Assembly: GCA_944320495.1 (NCBI GenBank)
Contig: CALUHR010000008.1
Coordinates: forward strand, 1 to 64,000
DNA from: Candidatus Methanomethylophilaceae archaeon
Lineage (GTDB): Archaea > Thermoplasmatota > Thermoplasmata > Methanomassiliicoccales > Methanomethylophilaceae
Length of the DNA stretch: 64,000 nt
Reading direction: 5' to 3'
Part shown: piece after piece, positions 61,157-64,000 of the stretch
Numbering within the stretch: the first letter of the stretch is position 1
How the letters are laid out: every line of letters begins with the position of its first letter
Translations under genes and position numbers: made by a program
The notes under the pieces: generated by a model
Databases searched by the model: none
Seen by the model: the letters and a program-made list of their open reading frames with translations, nothing else
What the model was told of the DNA's origin: nothing

Positions 61157-61681
61157 ATGACTGACGAATGCAAAACCATCGACCCGACGGCCTTCGGCCT
61201 GTTCTTCGTGGCCGTTGTGTCCCTTCCACTCGCCCTGGCCGGATTCTTCGGCTACATGGGCAACGAGTGGAACGCGACCATCATGGCTGGCGTCGGATCT
61301 CTGCTGATGGTAAACGGATTCTTCATTCTTCTCGCAGCGCTGTACGCCTACAAAGCCGGCAGCAACTTCGGATTCGTCGTATTCGGCCTCGTCTCCATGG
61401 GAGTGTTCTATGCCGGATACGGAGGGGGAGACCTCTGGATCAACGTCACCTTCGGAATCATATTCCTGATCTGTCTGATCTGGTCCTACCGCGCAAAGAC
61501 GCTGAAGACCCTGACGTTCATCCTGCTGACCACCGCCCTTGTGTTCATCGCCAACGGCTGTGTTATCGAGACCGGTGCCGAGTGGTCCTGGCTGTTCCTC
61601 GGAATCGCCGCCATCCTCAACTTCATCCTCACTCTGTACCTGGCTTTCGCGCTCGCCGACGAGCACATCCGCTGTGTCTGA
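61157..61681 (+). CDS. GPR1/FUN34/YaaH-family (acetate uptake) channel
   Basis: N-terminal DPTAFGLF motif, about 6 TM. Confidence 0.7.
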   Translation: MTDECKTIDPTAFGLFFVAVVSLPLALAGFFGYMGNEWNATIMAGVGSLLMVNGFFILLAALYAYKAGSNFGFVVFGLVSMGVFYAGYGGGDLWINVTFGIIFLICLIWSYRAKTLKTLTFILLTTALVFIANGCVIETGAEWSWLFLGIAAILNFILTLYLAFALADEHIRCV

Positions 61682-61755
61682 TCGGAGGACCTCAAACCCC
61701 TTACCGGCCTCTGGCCGGGACATCTTTATTTAAGCGTTCTCAATCACCGACCCTC

Positions 61756-61851
61756 ATGAAGAAGGAAATGAAGATCAAGATCGGTGCCTACTTCATGGTC
61801 ATCATCATGGTCGTCGTCGTTGTAACGGCAGCCGCCTCCGCCCTGATCTGA
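61756..61851 (+). CDS. 31-aa single-TM peptide, putative
   Basis: MKKEMKIKIGAYFMVIIMVVVVVTAAASALI; TGATG overlap with the SDR start. Confidence 0.5.
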   Translation: MKKEMKIKIGAYFMVIIMVVVVVTAAASALI

Positions 61852-62603
61852 TGATCGCCGTCGTCACCGGGGCATCGTCGGGCATCGGGGCCGAGTTCTG
61901 CAGGGCCCTGGACGGGGAGGGGCTGGATTCCATCTGGATCATCGCCAGGAGAGCCGACAGGCTGGAGGCCCTGGCATCCGAGCTCTCCACCCCCTGCGTC
62001 GTAATCCACGCGGATCTCACCGACAGGAAGCAGCTGTCCGAGCTCGTCGGACGCATAGGATCCTCCGGCGAGAGGGTCGACTACCTGGTGAACTGCGCCG
62101 GAGTCGGCAGGTTCGGAGAGACCTGGGAGCTCTCATCGGAGGAGACGCTGTCCATGATCGACCTGAACGTCTCCGCCCTCACGGAGATGTGCCGCGGATG
62201 CATCCCCCGCATGGAATCCGGATCCCGCATCATCAACGTCTGCTCCGCATCCGCGTATCTTCCGCTGGAGCGCCTCAACGTGTATTCCGCCACCAAGGCG
62301 TACGTGCGCGCGTTCTGCAACGCCCTCGGAAGGGAGCTAAAGACCAGAGGCATCACGGTATTGGAGGTCTCCCCTGGATGGGTGGAGACAGATTTCATCC
62401 CGCTCTCCAGGTCCACAGGCGACGTTCCCGAGACTGTCTTCAAGCACACCGTTAAGGCTCGCGACGTCGCCGTGAGGGCCATCGCCGACGCCAAGCACGG
62501 GAGGAAGCGCTCGATATGCGGCGCGTACAACAGGCTCCAGGTCTTCGTGTGCACCCACATGCCTCGCATGGCATCATACGTCTGGGGAAGGTCCCTGCTG
62601 TGA
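61851..62603 (+). CDS. Short-chain dehydrogenase/reductase
   Basis: TGASSGIG, NCAG, YSATK. Confidence 0.93.
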   Translation: MIAVVTGASSGIGAEFCRALDGEGLDSIWIIARRADRLEALASELSTPCVVIHADLTDRKQLSELVGRIGSSGERVDYLVNCAGVGRFGETWELSSEETLSMIDLNVSALTEMCRGCIPRMESGSRIINVCSASAYLPLERLNVYSATKAYVRAFCNALGRELKTRGITVLEVSPGWVETDFIPLSRSTGDVPETVFKHTVKARDVAVRAIADAKHGRKRSICGAYNRLQVFVCTHMPRMASYVWGRSLL

Positions 62604-63205
62604 CGACGGTCCTCCGCGAGTTCAGGGAGGGGGACTGCAAACCCATATCCGCGATAATGTGCGACGTCTGGTCCATGGTGAGCTACGGCGCCGATGTCGC
62701 CATGCCCGGGTCGAGGATGTACTGCTGCCAATGCGTCCTCGGGTCGTCGTTCATCCGTGTGGCCGAGGTCGACGGGAGGATCGTCGGATGCGTCGGGGCC
62801 AGATACGGGAACGAGAGGGTCGATGCACCCTGGGCCGAGAGGATGCTGCGGCAAGAGAGGGATTCCTTGGCGAACTCCGAGGACGGGATGCGGATGATCG
62901 CCGAGTTCGAGTCCTACGATTCCATAGACAGGGACCTCGGCATCAGTACCGAGATCGACACCGATGCGGAGCTCACCATACTCATCCTTTCCGAGGGTTG
63001 CAGGGGACTCGGACTGGGCAGGATGATGTTCAACGCCGCCTGCGATTACCTTCGCTCCAAGGGCGCCGGGAGCATGATGCTGTACACCGACACCGACTGC
63101 AACACAGGGTTCTACGATGCCCTCGGCGCAGAGCGCGTGGCAACCTCAGGAATGATGTGCCTGGGGGAGCCGCTCGGAATGTTCCTTTACAGATATCCGC
63201 TGCGA
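62600..63205 (+). CDS. GNAT-family N-acetyltransferase, ends at CGA
   Basis: GTG start in GTGA overlap; VAEVDGRIVG, RGLGLG, FYDALG; CGA 63203-63205; ORF track to 63379. Confidence 0.82.
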
Positions 63206-63209
63206 GGAG

Positions 63210-64000
63210 TCATCGGAATCCGAACAGAGCCTTCGCATTGTCGACATGCTCCTCCGCATCGAGATGGAACGGACACCTCGAGGTGCACCTGCCACAGTGC
63301 AGACAGTCGGAAGCGTGCTTCGACAGAGCCCTGTAGTGCTCCCAGGCCATCTCGTCGCCAACGGCGAACAAGTCGCTGAACTTGTTGACCTTCCCGATGT
63401 CGATGCCTGCGGGGCACGGGAGGCAGTGGTTACAGTAGACGCACTGGTCCTACATGTCCGCCGCCGTCAGGCCGCCGATGAACGAGTAGTCCCTCTCCTC
63501 CCTAGAAGCGTCTAGGTACGAGAGCATAGCCTCGAGCTGTCCGACTGAGCCTATTCCCGGGACCACGGACACTGCCCCGGGGCGGTCCAGCGCGTACTGA
63601 ATGCACTGCGCCGGGGTCATCGCCCTCCCGAACGGGGAGGTCTCGGCATCCATCAAGATGCCTCCCCCATAGGGCTTCATCACGACTATCCCGATCCCCC
63701 TGCGCTCGCAGTCGCGGTAGAGCTCCAGCCTCTCGGGGTCCATCACGAGGCCGTTGTCCCCGGCCACGAAGTCATAGGTGGGATTGAGGCTGAGCATGAA
63801 GTCGTCGACAACCGTTTCCTCGATGAAGCGCCTGCATATCTCTGGGGTGTGAGACGTGAACCCGATGTTGTCCACGCGCCCCTCGTCCTTCCATTCGACC
63901 AGCATGTCGTACAGCCCATCGGACATGATGCGCTCGTAGTCCTGGGCCTCGTCGACGCAGTGGAAGAGCAGCAGGTCGGCGTGATCGAGACCGTACTTCC
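63210..64000 (-). CDS. Aldo/keto reductase with 4Fe-4S tail and in-frame TAG (5'-truncated by window)
   Basis: Paralog of the 58130 gene; ADM-TAG(63450-63452)-DQCVYCNHCLPC continues in frame to CGA TGA (63210-63215). Confidence 0.85.

Noticed and set aside
61168-61851. 227-aa ORF overlapping the acetate channel gene
   Set aside because: Off-frame over a better-supported gene; only its last 31 codons look like a real peptide.
6453-63205. CGG also acting as a stop
   Set aside because: CGG occurs internally in conserved regions of several genes (ppk, helicase, AddB-like, recombinase 1, radical SAM).
6804-63215. Explaining the run-on ORFs as independent frameshifts or a motif-specific sequencing error
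   Set aside because: Each case resolves at an in-frame CGA without an indel, flanking bases differ, and internal CGA is nearly absent. It is not fully excluded without reads. C-to-U mRNA editing remains a formal alternative.
1-64000. CRISPR arrays, rRNA, tRNA, IS elements, prophage genes
   Set aside because: No regular repeat-spacer pattern, cloverleaf, transposase or phage motif was recognised by eye. In particular no tRNA-Arg gene is in this window, so its absence from the genome cannot be judged here.

Overview
A GC-rich archaeal chromosome segment, most consistent with Methanomassiliicoccales (Thermoplasmatota). Support for this: archaeal S19e/L39e/L31e/aIF6, thermosome, RFC-L, Taw1, NreA, methanogenesis marker 2, an MtaA-type methyltransferase, an archaeal SRP RNA and an in-frame amber codon. 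Content: pst/phoU operon, ribosomal-protein operon, SRP RNA, transporters (CorA, SSS, P-type ATPase, Trk, acetate channel), a DNA-metabolism block (SfsA, DEDD exonucleases, AddAB-like pair, XseAB, AAA-ATPase + DUF4435 pair, NreA), hisD-ppk-ppx, flavodoxin/HxlR/aldo-keto-reductase accessory genes and two tandem serine recombinases. Headline observation: the arginine codon CGA behaves like a stop codon. Fifteen genes that run on far past their expected C-terminus under the standard code have their first in-frame CGA at about the position where the protein should end. Two of these reproduce classic stop/start overlaps (CGATG; ATGnnCGA). Four more genes carry CGA within three codons of their TGA/TAA. 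A by-eye scan of the other in-frame Arg codons found only one internal CGA (flavodoxin, 55685). No called gene needs TAG as its stop, and one TAG sits inside a conserved aldo/keto reductase, which fits pyrrolysine. The inferred code is TAG=Pyl and CGA=stop or unassigned. This is an inference that needs genome-wide codon counts, a tRNA-Arg(UCG) search and proteomics. Feature ends below use the CGA where applicable; the ORF-track end is given in the evidence.
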